Assembly: GCA_947567695.1 (NCBI GenBank)
Contig: CANONT010000001.1
Location: forward strand, 9,416 to 73,415
Source: an uncultured Clostridium sp.
Lineage (GTDB): Bacteria > Bacillota > Clostridia > TANB77 > CAG-508
DNA: 64,000 nt
Reading direction: 5' to 3'
The notes beneath the pieces were generated by a model, which saw only the letters and a list, made by a program, of their open reading frames with translations, did not search any database and was not told the origin of the DNA. This document shows, piece by piece, positions 52,068 through 62,565 of this stretch (positions are counted from its first letter, which is position 1; every line of letters begins with the position of its first letter). Made by a program: the position numbers and the translations under genes.

Positions 52068-54080
52068 ATGAGTTTAAAGGGAAAGCTATTAGGAAGTCGA
52101 TATGAATTAGTGGAAAAAATCGGAAATGGCGGAATGTCTACAGTTTATAGAGCAACAGATAAAGTTTTAAAAAGAGATGTAGCAGTTAAAATATTAAGAG
52201 ATGAGTTTACAACAGATGAAGAATTTATTAAGAGATTTGAAGCAGAAGCACAGTCAGCAGCTAGATTGACACATGCTAATATTGTTTCGATTTATGATGT
52301 AGGGGTAGAAGGAAATTTATATTATATTGTTATGGAGTTAATTCAAGGTAAAACACTAAAAGAGATTATTATAGAGGAAAGAGGACCATTACCTTGGAAA
52401 TGGTCAGTAAATGTAGCTATTCAAATTGCGTCAGCCTTAGAGATAGCTCATAGAAATAATATTGTACATAGGGATATTAAACCACATAATATTATCATTA
52501 CAGAAGATGGCGTGGCTAAAGTAACAGACTTTGGAATTGCAAAAGCAGTTTCTAATTCAACGATTACAGCTTTTGGAACAACGATTGGTTCGGTTCATTA
52601 TTTTTCACCAGAACATGCGAGAGGTGGATTTACAGATGCGAAATCGGATTTATATTCTTTGGGGGTTGTCATGTATGAAATGGTAACAGGTAAGGTTCCA
52701 TTTGATGCGGATACTCCTGTATCAGTAGCTTTAAAGCATATGCAAGAAGAACCAGAAGAACCAATTAAAAGTAATCCCAATGTACCAACAGCGATCAATA
52801 AAATGATTATGAAAGCGTTACAAAAAGATGCGACATTAAGGTATCAATCAGCGACAGAAATGTTAGAAGATTTAAAGAGATCCTTAAAAAATCCAGATGG
52901 TGATTTTGTAGAAGAATTAGAATACGATAGTACTGCTAGAACCCAAGTAATCGATACAGAAATGTATGGAGATATAGAAGATAAACCCAATAACAGAAAT
53001 AAAAGAGGAAAAAAAGAGGGGAAATTTAAGCAATTTGTAAAGAAACATAAAGTGCTTAGTGTAATGGTAGGACTCATTTTATTGTTCTCCTTGAGTTTAG
53101 GTGGGACGTTAGCTGTATTAAGTGTAACGAATCCAGCTGAAGTAGAAATGCCAAATGTAGTGGGGCTATCGAAAGAGGAAGCTCAGAAAGAAATAGAAAA
53201 TGCTAAATTGGTGTTTGAAGTAGAAAAAGAAGAGTATCATAAAGAGGTACCTGAGGGATCTGTTATTTCACAGGATCCAACCTATATGGAAAGATTTCAT
53301 AAAGTAAAAGAGGGAAGTACAGTAAGTGTTATTATCAGTAAAGGACAAGAAAAAGCAACAGTTCCTAATGTGAAAGGAAAAGAAAAAGACGAAGCAATTA
53401 AATTGATAGAAGATGCCAAGCTAAAAGCAGACATTGTGGAAGAAAATAGTAAAACAGTAAAAGAAGGGTATGTTATTAGTCAAGAGACAGAAGCAAATAC
53501 AGAAGTATTTGCAGGAGATAACGTTATTCTTCATGTTAGTACAGGAGTAGAGAAGGCAAAAGTTCCAGATGTAGTTGGAAAAACGCAGACAGATGCTAAA
53601 AGTACATTAGAAGCACAGGGATTTACGGTTAGTGTAAGTGAGGCAGAAGATAGTTCAAAAGCAAAAGGTGTGGTATTAAAACAAAGCCTTGATGCAGGTA
53701 AAACAGTAGAAAAGGGAAGTAGTATTACCATAACAGTAAATAGTTTTGAAGAAGCTAAAAATATGACTGTCAATATTGATGTAAAAACAATAACAGGTGG
53801 ATATACCACAGAACCAGCAACTACCAACAACACTGCTAATAATACAAATGCAACACACACAACTACAACCATTGCTAAAACAGTAAGTATTGTTTTAAAA
53901 TCAGGAAATACGACGTTATATTCTGATTCAGGAGTTGACAAAAACACCAAAAATAAATCAGCAACTATTAATGGAAAAGGCTCTATGGATTTAACGCTTA
54001 CCATAACTGATTCAAAGGGTGGAAGTTGGACTAGAACCAAAACAGTAAACTTTAATAATGATAAGTCAATTAATTTTTAA
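52068..54080 (+). CDS. prkC: Ser/Thr kinase PrkC with three PASTA repeats and an extra C-terminal domain
   Basis: It has the Hanks kinase motifs (VAVK, HRDIKPHN, DFGIA), a TM helix, three PASTA units, a Thr/Asn-rich linker and a beta-rich tail. Confidence 0.92.
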   Translation: MSLKGKLLGSRYELVEKIGNGGMSTVYRATDKVLKRDVAVKILRDEFTTDEEFIKRFEAEAQSAARLTHANIVSIYDVGVEGNLYYIVMELIQGKTLKEIIIEERGPLPWKWSVNVAIQIASALEIAHRNNIVHRDIKPHNIIITEDGVAKVTDFGIAKAVSNSTITAFGTTIGSVHYFSPEHARGGFTDAKSDLYSLGVVMYEMVTGKVPFDADTPVSVALKHMQEEPEEPIKSNPNVPTAINKMIMKALQKDATLRYQSATEMLEDLKRSLKNPDGDFVEELEYDSTARTQVIDTEMYGDIEDKPNNRNKRGKKEGKFKQFVKKHKVLSVMVGLILLFSLSLGGTLAVLSVTNPAEVEMPNVVGLSKEEAQKEIENAKLVFEVEKEEYHKEVPEGSVISQDPTYMERFHKVKEGSTVSVIISKGQEKATVPNVKGKEKDEAIKLIEDAKLKADIVEENSKTVKEGYVISQETEANTEVFAGDNVILHVSTGVEKAKVPDVVGKTQTDAKSTLEAQGFTVSVSEAEDSSKAKGVVLKQSLDAGKTVEKGSSITITVNSFEEAKNMTVNIDVKTITGGYTTEPATTNNTANNTNATHTTTTIAKTVSIVLKSGNTTLYSDSGVDKNTKNKSATINGKGSMDLTLTITDSKGGSWTRTKTVNFNNDKSINF

Positions 54081-54195
54081 CGGATAAAACAAGGATAGCA
54101 AATGCGACATGTAAATTCTCTAAAAGGTCAAGAATTTTAACCATGTCGTTTTTGTTTTTGGATAGGAAAGATTTTGAAAATATAAAGGAGGAAGG

Positions 54196-55104
54196 ATGCA
54201 AGGAATTATCATTGAAAATATTGCAAATGTATATAAAATATATGTGTCCCCACTTTATCTCGGAACTAGTGGGGAAAAAGTCTATGAGGCAACTGCAAGG
54301 GGAAAGTTCAAAAAGGAAGAGATTTCTCCTGTTGTAGGCGATTTTGTTACTTTTGAAGTGACAGATGAAGAAAATAAGAAAGCAGTAATTGACGAAATAT
54401 TGGAACGAAAGGTTTATGTGAAAAGACCAAAGCTTGCTAACATAACACAAATTGTTTTTGTTGTTTCGAGTAAAGATCCAAAACCAGATTTGCTGATGTT
54501 GGATAAGCAATTGGCTTTTGCTGAATTTTTAGGGATCAAGTCTATAATTGTTTTAAATAAAACAGATTTGGATGAGCGAGAAGAGTTCAAGGAAATTAAG
54601 AATGTATACCAAAAGATAGGATATAGTGTAATTGAAACAGAGGCTAAGAATCAAAAGGGGATAGACAAGCTACAACAGAAATTGAGACATAATATGAATG
54701 CTTTTTCGGGAAATTCTGGTGTGGGAAAGTCTACTTTGATTAACGGAATTTTTAAACAAGAGGTAACGATAGAAGGCGAGATTAGTCAAAGAAATAAGAG
54801 AGGCAAAAATACAACTACTTCTATTGCTTTGTATCAGATAGATGAAGATACTTATATTGCAGATACTCCTGGTTTTTCGACGTTTTCTATTGAAGAGATT
54901 GAAAGCACAGAGTTGGCGAATTATTTTGTGGAGTTTAGGGATAAAATTTCCAATTGTGAGTTTGTTGGGTGTACACATGTTAAAGAGGAGAGTTGCGGTA
55001 TTAAAAAGGCAATTGAAAAGGGAGAAATTGATTTAGCAAGATATGAAAGGTTTTGTAAAATAAAACAACAATTAAAAGAAAGAGAGGAAAAAAAGAAATG
55101 GTAG
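54196..55104 (+). CDS. rsgA: Ribosome small-subunit-dependent GTPase A
   Basis: It has an OB fold, the circularly permuted GTPase motifs (LNKTDL, GNSGVGKSTL) and a C-terminal zinc motif (CEFVGCTHVKEESCG). Confidence 0.9.
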   Translation: MQGIIIENIANVYKIYVSPLYLGTSGEKVYEATARGKFKKEEISPVVGDFVTFEVTDEENKKAVIDEILERKVYVKRPKLANITQIVFVVSSKDPKPDLLMLDKQLAFAEFLGIKSIIVLNKTDLDEREEFKEIKNVYQKIGYSVIETEAKNQKGIDKLQQKLRHNMNAFSGNSGVGKSTLINGIFKQEVTIEGEISQRNKRGKNTTTSIALYQIDEDTYIADTPGFSTFSIEEIESTELANYFVEFRDKISNCEFVGCTHVKEESCGIKKAIEKGEIDLARYERFCKIKQQLKEREEKKKW

Positions 55105-55757
55105 AAGTTTCAACATCTATATTGTCAATGAAAGAGGGAGAGGAGTCAAAGGCTTTTTTGGCATTAGAGGCTGCAAAAACAGATTATTTTCATATGGATG
55201 TGATGGACGGGAAATTTGTGGAAAAGCATACGTATGAAAAAATGTTACGTAATGCATCTTATATCAAGAGAATTTCTAATTTACCATTAGATGTGCATTT
55301 GATGGTAGAAGATGTGAAATCAGCAGTGGATGATTTTTTAGCAGTGGATCCTAATATTATTACTTTTCATTTGGAAGCTTGTAAAAGCAAAGAAGAGGTG
55401 TACGAAATCATCAACTACATCAAAGAAAATAATTGTAAAGTGGGTATTGCAGTAAAACCAAATACCAAGATAGAGGAAGTGTATGAATTTTTACCTTATA
55501 TTCATATGTGTTTGGTTATGACAGTAGAGCCAGGAAAGGGCGGACAAACTTTTTTGACAGATATGTTGCAAAAAATAGGTAGTTTAAAGAAGTATGTGCA
55601 ACAACAAGGTTTGGAGTTGGATATAGAGGTGGATGGTGGAATTAATTTGAGGACTGCTCCTGAAGTGAAAAAGGCAGGTGCTAATGTTTTGGTATCTGGT
55701 ACTGCCATTGTGATGGCACATGATTTTAAGGTAATTATTGATGAATTAAAAAATTAG
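55098..55757 (+). CDS. rpe: Ribulose-phosphate 3-epimerase
   Basis: Signatures are HMDVMDG.FV, LDVHLMV, MTVEPG.GGQ and VDGGI. Confidence 0.9.
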   Translation: MVEVSTSILSMKEGEESKAFLALEAAKTDYFHMDVMDGKFVEKHTYEKMLRNASYIKRISNLPLDVHLMVEDVKSAVDDFLAVDPNIITFHLEACKSKEEVYEIINYIKENNCKVGIAVKPNTKIEEVYEFLPYIHMCLVMTVEPGKGGQTFLTDMLQKIGSLKKYVQQQGLELDIEVDGGINLRTAPEVKKAGANVLVSGTAIVMAHDFKVIIDELKN

Positions 55758-55777
55758 ATGATATCATTTTCATAAAA

Positions 55778-55815
55778 AAAGAGAAATAACAGATTATAAT
55801 TTGTTATTTCTCTTT
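55778..55815. terminator. Bidirectional terminator
   Basis: AAGAGAAATAACA/TGTTATTTCTCTT stem is present. Confidence 0.7.
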
Positions 55816-55834
55816 TGCTTAATTGTGAACATAG

Positions 55835-57082
55835 CTAGATATTAGTAACAGTATCATCTTTTTTATCTTTTAAAAACACACTAGAAACTACAATTCCCAA
55901 TCCTAGAACAGTTGAGACAAATCCAACAAGAGAATTAACAAAAGGAATTAGGTTAATAAGCCATAGAGCGATTGTAACCATGACCAGTATGCTAAAGGTA
56001 CGACCAGTTTTTTCAATTTTTAATTTCTTACAAATAACATTCGTAATGGCAATAGTAAAGATAGAATTACTAAGCATCATTAAAATAATTAAAGTTACAA
56101 TTAACAATACTGCTAATTTGGAAGTTGCTCCCAAAATAAATAATATGATAGCTCCTATAATACTAGCAATTGGTACTAAAATTCCAAATCCGATAACAGG
56201 CAAGATTTTTTTCGTAGTTAAGAAAGTAGAACTATTTTTTAGGAATTTAGGTGCAAGCCATAGGCATAGTAACCAAATTACAACGGCAGTAGCAAGAAGT
56301 GTTGCTAAAGACATGATTTGATTTTGAAAGGTATTTCCTTCAAAAGGTACTTCTTTTTCAAAACTGATTTCTCCTGTAACAGCTCCCTCTGGAATGGAAG
56401 CTTCTTGTTTTGCTGAGTATTTTAAATTACCATTGATGGTGCCTTGTGTTTGAACATCTTCGTGTGATTCTTCTTCATCGTCATGTGTATGTGTATTTTG
56501 TACAAAATTAAGATTAGCACAATCAATATGAGCATTTCTTCCAATGGTACCAGCAATATTGACAGTATTAGAACCTACTCGAATATCTCGATAAACATAA
56601 CCATTAATGTTAGTGGTCTCAGAAGCTGAGTATAAATCATAAACCACACCTTTTATATCAACAGTTTTAGCGAAAGTGAATAAATTACTAAATATGTAGC
56701 CTTGTTCTTCAATGGTGACTGTATTAGCAGAGATAAAAGCATCTCCACCAATTTGAGAATTGATGGTAACATGGTTAGCTACTACAAATAGGTTTCCATC
56801 AATGATGTAATCAATGGTTACGTTATCACCAGTTAGATAAACATCAGATCTTTTAAAATTTTCATCATCTGTATTAGCAATATCCATTTCAGAATTATTG
56901 TTAGGTAAATTTTCTGGTTGGGTTGCTTCTCTAGTAGCATTTTCACCAGATGTGTTTTCAGATGTTGCATCTGGGGTGGCTGTGTTGTCAGCTGTTTCAT
57001 TTTCTGCTCTTACAACAGGAAGTGTAAGGGCTAAAATAATTGTAGTTAATATAGCAATTATTTTGATTTTGTTTTTTAACAT
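55835..57082 (-). CDS. Membrane protein with an extracytoplasmic bactofilin-like (polymer-forming beta-helix) repeat region and a 4-5 TM C-terminal half
   Basis: A signal/TM N-terminus is followed by repeated motifs of the form G+N+T/V+hydrophobic residues (GDNVTIDYIIDGNLFVVANHVTINSQIGGDAFISANTVTI...) and then a hydrophobic C-terminus. Confidence 0.5.
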   Translation of the reverse strand: MLKNKIKIIAILTTIILALTLPVVRAENETADNTATPDATSENTSGENATREATQPENLPNNNSEMDIANTDDENFKRSDVYLTGDNVTIDYIIDGNLFVVANHVTINSQIGGDAFISANTVTIEEQGYIFSNLFTFAKTVDIKGVVYDLYSASETTNINGYVYRDIRVGSNTVNIAGTIGRNAHIDCANLNFVQNTHTHDDEEESHEDVQTQGTINGNLKYSAKQEASIPEGAVTGEISFEKEVPFEGNTFQNQIMSLATLLATAVVIWLLCLWLAPKFLKNSSTFLTTKKILPVIGFGILVPIASIIGAIILFILGATSKLAVLLIVTLIILMMLSNSIFTIAITNVICKKLKIEKTGRTFSILVMVTIALWLINLIPFVNSLVGFVSTVLGLGIVVSSVFLKDKKDDTVTNI

Positions 57083-57183
57083 GTAAAATCCCTCCTAAAT
57101 ATAGTGAAAGCTAGATTTTCTAACAATTTGCATTGGGTAGAAATTCTTGATTTCAGTTTTTTTATATATAAAAATATATATCT

Positions 57184-57849
57184 TTATTGCTCTTTTGTCA
57201 ATGAAATATTAGTTTTAAGTTTCGATTTGTAAAATTGGCAAAATTCATTTACAACGCAAGTGTCACATTTTTGTTTTCGTGCTACACAAGTATTTCTTCC
57301 ATGCCATACAAGAATATGATTGATGTCTTTTAGATAATCTTTTGGAAAGGTTTTTAGCAAATCTTGTTCTACTTTTTCAGGTTCTTTTTCTTTGGATAAG
57401 CCAATTAAATTAGATATTCTTTTGGCATGTGTATCAACTGCAATTCCTTCAGCAATGCCAAAGACTTCTAATAAAATGACATTGGCACTTTTTCGACCAA
57501 CACCTGCTAAACTGGTTAGTTCTTCCATTGTTTGGGGTACTTCTCCATGAAATGTTTCTAAAACTTGTTTGGCACATAATTTAATATTTTTGGCTTTATT
57601 TTTGTAAAATCCACAGGGATGAATTAATTCTTCTAATTCATGAATATCAATGTCTGCAAAGTCTTGAATGGTCTTGCAACGGGAAAAAAGAGTAGGGGTT
57701 GTTTTGTTTACTCTTTCATCGGTGCATTGGGCAGAGAGCATAACAGCAACTACTAATTCAAACGGAGTGGTAAAGTCTAAGCTACATGTGGCATCTGGAT
57801 ATCTCTTTTTTAATAATTCAATTAGTGTAATAGCATCTTGCTTTTTCAT
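57184..57849 (-). CDS. nth: Endonuclease III
   Basis: It has the HhH-GPD motif (LTSLAGVGRKSANVIL), LSAQCTD, and the 4Fe-4S cluster C-x6-C-x2-C-x5-C. Confidence 0.9.
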   Translation of the reverse strand: MKKQDAITLIELLKKRYPDATCSLDFTTPFELVVAVMLSAQCTDERVNKTTPTLFSRCKTIQDFADIDIHELEELIHPCGFYKNKAKNIKLCAKQVLETFHGEVPQTMEELTSLAGVGRKSANVILLEVFGIAEGIAVDTHAKRISNLIGLSKEKEPEKVEQDLLKTFPKDYLKDINHILVWHGRNTCVARKQKCDTCVVNEFCQFYKSKLKTNISLTKEQ

Positions 57850-57909
57850 AACATCATCTCCTATTGTGTATTTTACAAGATAAAAGGGATTTCGTCAATG
57901 TCCCTATTT

Positions 57910-58103
57910 GTTTCAAGTTTCGACTTTTTGCCAGTGAGGGGTGTCATATATCATTTTTGCAACACTGCGTAAGCGACCAAACGAGCAACGCGAGTGCGAT
58001 TGGAGCAACCTACAGATGAACAATTAATTTGGTAGGTTGCGACACACAAAGTGTAAAAAAATGATATATGACACCCCTCACTGGCAAAAAGTCGAAACTT
58101 GAA
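57910..58103 (-). mobile_element. MITE-like structured element, family B, copy 2
   Basis: It has about 50-nt terminal inverted repeats (GTTTCAAGTTTCGACTTTTTGCCAGTGAGGGGTGTCATATATCATTTTT / complement). The core blocks are shared with 25125-25285 in the opposite orientation. Confidence 0.7.
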
Positions 58104-58187
58104 CCTCATTTGTTAATTCTACATAAAAAGGAACCAATAATGAAAAAATTTAATATAATATACAAAAACAATGGAGGTAATCATGCT

Positions 58188-58337
58188 ATGATAAAATTAT
58201 TTAGAAAGACTTTGGCTATTTGTTTAATTGGCTTAGGATTAGGAATTTTATTAGTGTTGTTACTTCCAATAACAGGTTGGCTATTTATAATTGGTGTTGT
58301 TGTAATTTGTGTTGGCTTTATGTGGCTTGCTTGTTAG
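58188..58337 (+). CDS. Small two-TM membrane protein (49 aa)
   Basis: RBS GGAGG lies 10 nt before the ATG at 58188. The track ORF start at 58068 lies inside the repeat and is not credible. Confidence 0.4.
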   Translation: MIKLFRKTLAICLIGLGLGILLVLLLPITGWLFIIGVVVICVGFMWLAC

Positions 58338-58371
58338 CCATCATCCGTTGAAATAAAGGAGGGAGATACAT

Positions 58372-58446
58372 ATGACAGTTGTTGTGAAAAAAGTTCCGAA
58401 GTTTTTGAGGGGATTTGTTAAATTTATTTTTGGAATTAAAGAGTAA
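58372..58446 (+). CDS. Possible 24-aa basic peptide (MTVVVKKVPKFLRGFVKFIFGIKE)
   Basis: A strong RBS AAGGAGGGAG lies 7 nt upstream. I have no homology evidence. Confidence 0.25.
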   Translation: MTVVVKKVPKFLRGFVKFIFGIKE

Positions 58447-58455
58447 TAAATAAAA

Positions 58456-58488
58456 ATGATTTTGGGGACGGAGGAAAAAAATCATCTT
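58456..58488 (+). repeat. GGGAC(A/G)G-loop hairpin (GATGATTTT stem family), degenerate copy
   Basis: ATGATTTTGGGGACGGAGGAAAAAAATCAT matches the reverse complement of 22754-22790 with a few changes. Confidence 0.65.
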
Positions 58489-58511
58489 CTGTTACAAACA
58501 AAAAAAGAGCT

Positions 58512-58709
58512 TTAGGCTCTTTTTACTTTACCATCTTTTAAACATTTTGCACATACATATATTCTTTTAGTTTGACCATTAACCTCAGCCTTTACTCTTC
58601 TTAAATTAGGTCTCCAAGTACGAGGAAATCTTTTACTGATATGAGAACGAGTAATACTAAGTTTATTTCCATGACTTGCTGTTTTTTGACAAATTTCACA
58701 TACTGCCAT
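58512..58709 (-). CDS. rpmB: 50S ribosomal protein L28
   Basis: The sequence is MAVCEICQK....GN..S.S...T.R.W.PNL. RBS GGAGGTG lies 10 nt upstream of the ATG at 58709. Confidence 0.9.
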   Translation of the reverse strand: MAVCEICQKTASHGNKLSITRSHISKRFPRTWRPNLRRVKAEVNGQTKRIYVCAKCLKDGKVKRA

Positions 58710-58947
58710 TCTTAATTGCACCTCCTAAATCTTCTTAAATAAATTGACTAGTAACAAGTTTAACACAAATTTTTAGAAAAAACAAGTATTTTTTGAAAAA
58801 TATGAAAAATTCCTTGCAAAATAGGAAAAGTATGGTATAATAAATAAGTTGTTATTACTTAGTACTAATAAAAAAATATATCAACATTAAGAACATGAGA
58901 ATAGTACTGAGTAGTGAGTCAACTGAAAAAAGAAAGGATTGAAAAGA

Positions 58948-60234
58948 ATGAATTGTAAAGTAGAAAAAACAAAAAATGCAAATGAAGTAAAATTAGAAAT
59001 AACAATTGAGGCTGAAAAATTCGATGAAGCAATCAAAAAAGTATATTTTCAAAGTGCCAAATACTTCAACATACCAGGATTTAGAAAAGGGAAAGCACCA
59101 ATGCAAATCGTAGAAAAATATTATGGAAAAGAAATATTTTATGAAGATGCATTCAATCAAGTAGCACAAGATGCCTTAGAAGAAGCAGTAGAAGAAAACA
59201 AATTAGAAATTGTTAGTAGACCAGATATAGATGTAACACAAATTGAAAAAGGAAAAGACTTAATTTTTATAGCTATCATGCAAACTAAGCCAGAAGTTAA
59301 ATTAGGAAAATATAAAGGTATAGAAATCAAAAAAATTGAGTATAATGTAACGGATGAAGACATTGACCATGAATTAGGACATATGCAAGAACACAATTCA
59401 AGGCTTATTTCAATTGAAGATCGACCAGTAGAAAGTGGAGATATTACTACAATCGATTTTGAGGGATTTGTAGACGGAAAAGCCTTTGAAGGTGGAAAAG
59501 CAGAAGGACATGAATTAGAAATTGGAAGTAATAGTTTTATACCTGGATTTGAAGATCAGATTATTGGAATGAAAATAGAGGAAGAAAAAGATATCCAAGT
59601 AAAATTTCCAGATGAATATTTTTCAAAAGATTTAGCGGGAAAAGATGCGACCTTTAAAGTAAAACTTCATGAAATTAAGAAAAAAGAATTACCTGAATTA
59701 GATGATGAATTTGCTAAAGATGTAAGTGAATTTGATACGTTAAAAGAATTAAAAGAAAGCATTAAAGAAAAACAACAAAAACAAAATGATGACAAAGCAA
59801 AATATGAAACACAAGATGCTGTTATGAAGGCTGTTTGCGAAGATATCAAAGTAGAAATTCCATCTGGAATGATAGAAACAGAAATAGATAATATGTTAAG
59901 AGATATTGAGCAACGATTATCTTATCAAGGTTTAAAATTAGACCAATATCTTCAAATGATGGGTAAAACCCAAGAAGAGATGAGAAAAGAATATGAACCT
60001 CAAGCAATAGAAGGAATTAAATCAAGATTAGCAATAGGGGCAGTAATTAAAGCTGAAAAAATAGAAGCAACAGATGAAGAAATAGATGAAAAATTAAAGG
60101 AAATGGCTAAGAATTACGGAAAAGAAAAGAATGAAGAATTCTTGAAAAATGAAAATGTAAGAAATTATTTAAAAGAAGGATTAGCATCAGAAAAAGCAAT
60201 TGATTTCTTAGTAAAAAATGCAAAAATAAAATAA
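58948..60234 (+). CDS. tig: Trigger factor
   Basis: The ribosome-binding motif is GFRKGKAP. It has an FKBP-type PPIase domain and lies upstream of clpP-clpX. Confidence 0.92.
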   Translation: MNCKVEKTKNANEVKLEITIEAEKFDEAIKKVYFQSAKYFNIPGFRKGKAPMQIVEKYYGKEIFYEDAFNQVAQDALEEAVEENKLEIVSRPDIDVTQIEKGKDLIFIAIMQTKPEVKLGKYKGIEIKKIEYNVTDEDIDHELGHMQEHNSRLISIEDRPVESGDITTIDFEGFVDGKAFEGGKAEGHELEIGSNSFIPGFEDQIIGMKIEEEKDIQVKFPDEYFSKDLAGKDATFKVKLHEIKKKELPELDDEFAKDVSEFDTLKELKESIKEKQQKQNDDKAKYETQDAVMKAVCEDIKVEIPSGMIETEIDNMLRDIEQRLSYQGLKLDQYLQMMGKTQEEMRKEYEPQAIEGIKSRLAIGAVIKAEKIEATDEEIDEKLKEMAKNYGKEKNEEFLKNENVRNYLKEGLASEKAIDFLVKNAKIK

Positions 60235-60269
60235 ATTTCACAAAAAATATGACAAGTAATAAGAAGAAA

Positions 60270-60315
60270 GGTTGGGGTATAAATTAAGAAGTTAAAGTTT
60301 AACCCCAGCTTTTTG
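60270..60315 (+). terminator. Probable terminator after tig
   Basis: TGGGGT/ACCCCA stem with a large loop is followed by GCTTTTT. Confidence 0.45.
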
Positions 60316-60399
60316 GATTTTATGCTTTTTTATCATTAAAATATAAAAAATATGTATTTTAATGTAAATTAATTTTAAGAAAGAATAAGGAGGAAAAAT

Positions 60400-61005
60400 A
60401 TGTTGGAAAGAAATAGTTTAGTACCATATGTAGTTGAACAAACTAGTAAAGGAGAAAGATCTTACGATATTTTCTCAAGATTATTAAAAGATAGAATTAT
60501 ATTTCTAGGAGAGGATGTAAATCCAACGACATCTAGTTTAATTATTGCACAATTATTATTTTTAGAATCAGAAGATCCCGATAAAGACATTAATTTATAT
60601 ATCAATTCACCAGGGGGGTCTATCACAGATGGAATGGGAATTATTGATACGATGAATTATATTAAATGCCCAGTTTCTACTATATGCGTAGGAATGGCAG
60701 CAAGTATGGGTGCAGCACTTTTATCAGCTGGGGAAAAAGGAAAAAGATTTGCGACACCAAATGCAGAAATTCTAATTCATCAACCATTGATCGGTGGTGG
60801 CGGAATTTCAGGACAAACAACAGAGGTAAAAATTCATGCGGATCACTTAGTAAAAACGAGAGAAAAATTAAATAAATTCTTGAGTGATCGAACCGGTCAA
60901 AGTATAGAAACAATCCAAAAGGATACAGAAAGAGATAATTACATGACAGCAGAAGAGGCTTTGAAGTATGGATTGATTGATGGAATTATGGATAAAAGAA
61001 AATAA
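60400..61005 (+). CDS. clpP: ATP-dependent Clp protease proteolytic subunit
   Basis: Signatures are [29 protein letters not shown], catalytic GMAASMGA and IHQP. Confidence 0.95.
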   Translation: MLERNSLVPYVVEQTSKGERSYDIFSRLLKDRIIFLGEDVNPTTSSLIIAQLLFLESEDPDKDINLYINSPGGSITDGMGIIDTMNYIKCPVSTICVGMAASMGAALLSAGEKGKRFATPNAEILIHQPLIGGGGISGQTTEVKIHADHLVKTREKLNKFLSDRTGQSIETIQKDTERDNYMTAEEALKYGLIDGIMDKRK

Positions 61006-61033
61006 AATTTGAAAAATAATTGTATTTTGCTAG

Positions 61034-61124
61034 AGCTGTTCGAGCGAAGCGAGTTACAGATATAGTATGCATTTTGCAAAGCAAACTGTATTCATTAGAC
61101 AAAAGCCTAGCCAAATAACAATTC
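61034..61124 (+). repeat. AGCTGTTCGAGCGAAG-GAGTTACAGATA repeat, copy 2, ending in CTAGCCAAATAAC
   Basis: The 5' part matches 37083-37111. The 3' end matches the right end of the 22589-22674 palindrome. It lies in the clpP-clpX spacer. Confidence 0.7.
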
Positions 61125-61158
61125 TTTTTCAAATTAAGGAGAAAGGGAAAATAGAAAA

Positions 61159-62484
61159 ATGGCAAAAAATGATGCACCCAAAAGTGTAAGATGCTCTTTT
61201 TGTGGAAAGGCACAAGAAAGTGTTAGGAAGATAGTGGCTGGACCAGGCGTATACATTTGTGATGAATGTGTGGAGCTTTGTACGAGTATTATAGAGTCAG
61301 AATTATATGATGATGAAAAGGCGGGATATACATTAAATGAATTGAATAATATTCCTAGTCCAAAGGAAATAAAACAGGTTTTAGATGATTATGTAATAGG
61401 GCAAGAAGAGGCAAAAAAGACGTTGTCAGTGGCTGTGTACAATCATTATAAAAGGGTTGCCCATGAAGAAAATGCTTCTAAAGACGATGTGGAAATTCAA
61501 AAAAGTAATATTTTGCTTTTAGGACCAACTGGTTGTGGAAAGACTTTATTGGCAAGGACTTTGGCTAAAATATTAAATGTACCATTTGCGATAGCAGATG
61601 CTACTACTTTGACAGAAGCAGGATATGTGGGAGAAGATGTGGAAAACATCTTATTAAAGTTGATCCAAGCAGCTGATGGAGATATCCAAAAAGCAGAAAA
61701 AGGAATTATTTATATTGATGAAATTGATAAAATAACTAGAAAATCAGAAAATCCATCTATTACAAGAGATGTGAGTGGAGAAGGTGTGCAACAAGCTTTA
61801 TTGAAGATTATTGAAGGAACGGTTGCATCTGTTCCCCCACAAGGGGGAAGAAAACATCCAAATCAAGAGTTAATTCAAATTAATACAGAAAATATATTAA
61901 TTATTTGTGGAGGAGCTTTTGAGGGATTAGAGGATATTATAAAAGATAGAACAGGGGAAAAAGCAATTGGATTTGGAAGTCAAATTAAAAGCAAAAAGGA
62001 AATAAAGCAATATGAGATTTTTCAAGAATTATTACCACAAGATTTGTTGAAGTTTGGATTGATACCAGAGTTTATAGGAAGATTACCAATTATCGCAATT
62101 TTAAAAGAGTTGGATCAAGAGGCTTTGGTGAAAATATTAGTGGAACCCAAAAATGCATTGGTGAAACAGTATCAAAAATTGTTCCAAATTGATGATGTGG
62201 AATTGTGTTTTGAACAGGAAGCTATTGAAGCAATTGTGGAAAAGGCAATTGAAAGGAAGACAGGAGCAAGAGGACTTCGTTCGATTATAGAAGAGATTAT
62301 GAGGGATATTATGTATGAAATACCTTCTAATCCTAATATTGAAAAATGTACAATTACCAAAGATACCGTTTTAAATGGAAAAGGTCCAGAAACAGTTATC
62401 AATAAAGAGAGAACAACACGTAAACCAGTGGTGAAAAAGAAAAGACAAGTGCCTGACAAACAGGATGAAAAAGAAACAGCGTAA
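61159..62484 (+). CDS. clpX: ATP-dependent Clp protease ATP-binding subunit ClpX
   Basis: It has the zinc finger CSFCGK...CDEC, Walker A GPTGCGKT and the IGF-like loop. Confidence 0.95.
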   Translation: MAKNDAPKSVRCSFCGKAQESVRKIVAGPGVYICDECVELCTSIIESELYDDEKAGYTLNELNNIPSPKEIKQVLDDYVIGQEEAKKTLSVAVYNHYKRVAHEENASKDDVEIQKSNILLLGPTGCGKTLLARTLAKILNVPFAIADATTLTEAGYVGEDVENILLKLIQAADGDIQKAEKGIIYIDEIDKITRKSENPSITRDVSGEGVQQALLKIIEGTVASVPPQGGRKHPNQELIQINTENILIICGGAFEGLEDIIKDRTGEKAIGFGSQIKSKKEIKQYEIFQELLPQDLLKFGLIPEFIGRLPIIAILKELDQEALVKILVEPKNALVKQYQKLFQIDDVELCFEQEAIEAIVEKAIERKTGARGLRSIIEEIMRDIMYEIPSNPNIEKCTITKDTVLNGKGPETVINKERTTRKPVVKKKRQVPDKQDEKETA

Positions 62485-62497
62485 GGCTGTTTTTTTG
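62474..62497 (+). terminator. Rho-independent terminator overlapping the clpX stop
   Basis: AAACAGC/GCTGTTT stem is followed by a T-run. Confidence 0.6.
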
Positions 62498-62565
62498 TAA
62501 ATGGTGTAATTTATGTGTTGTAAAATAGAAGAAAGAGAATATATTGAATTAAGGAGGAATCTGCG

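Noticed and set aside
58068-58187. The N-terminal 40 codons of track ORF 58068-58337.
   Set aside because: They are read out of the right arm of the family-B repeat. A proper RBS and ATG occur at 58188.
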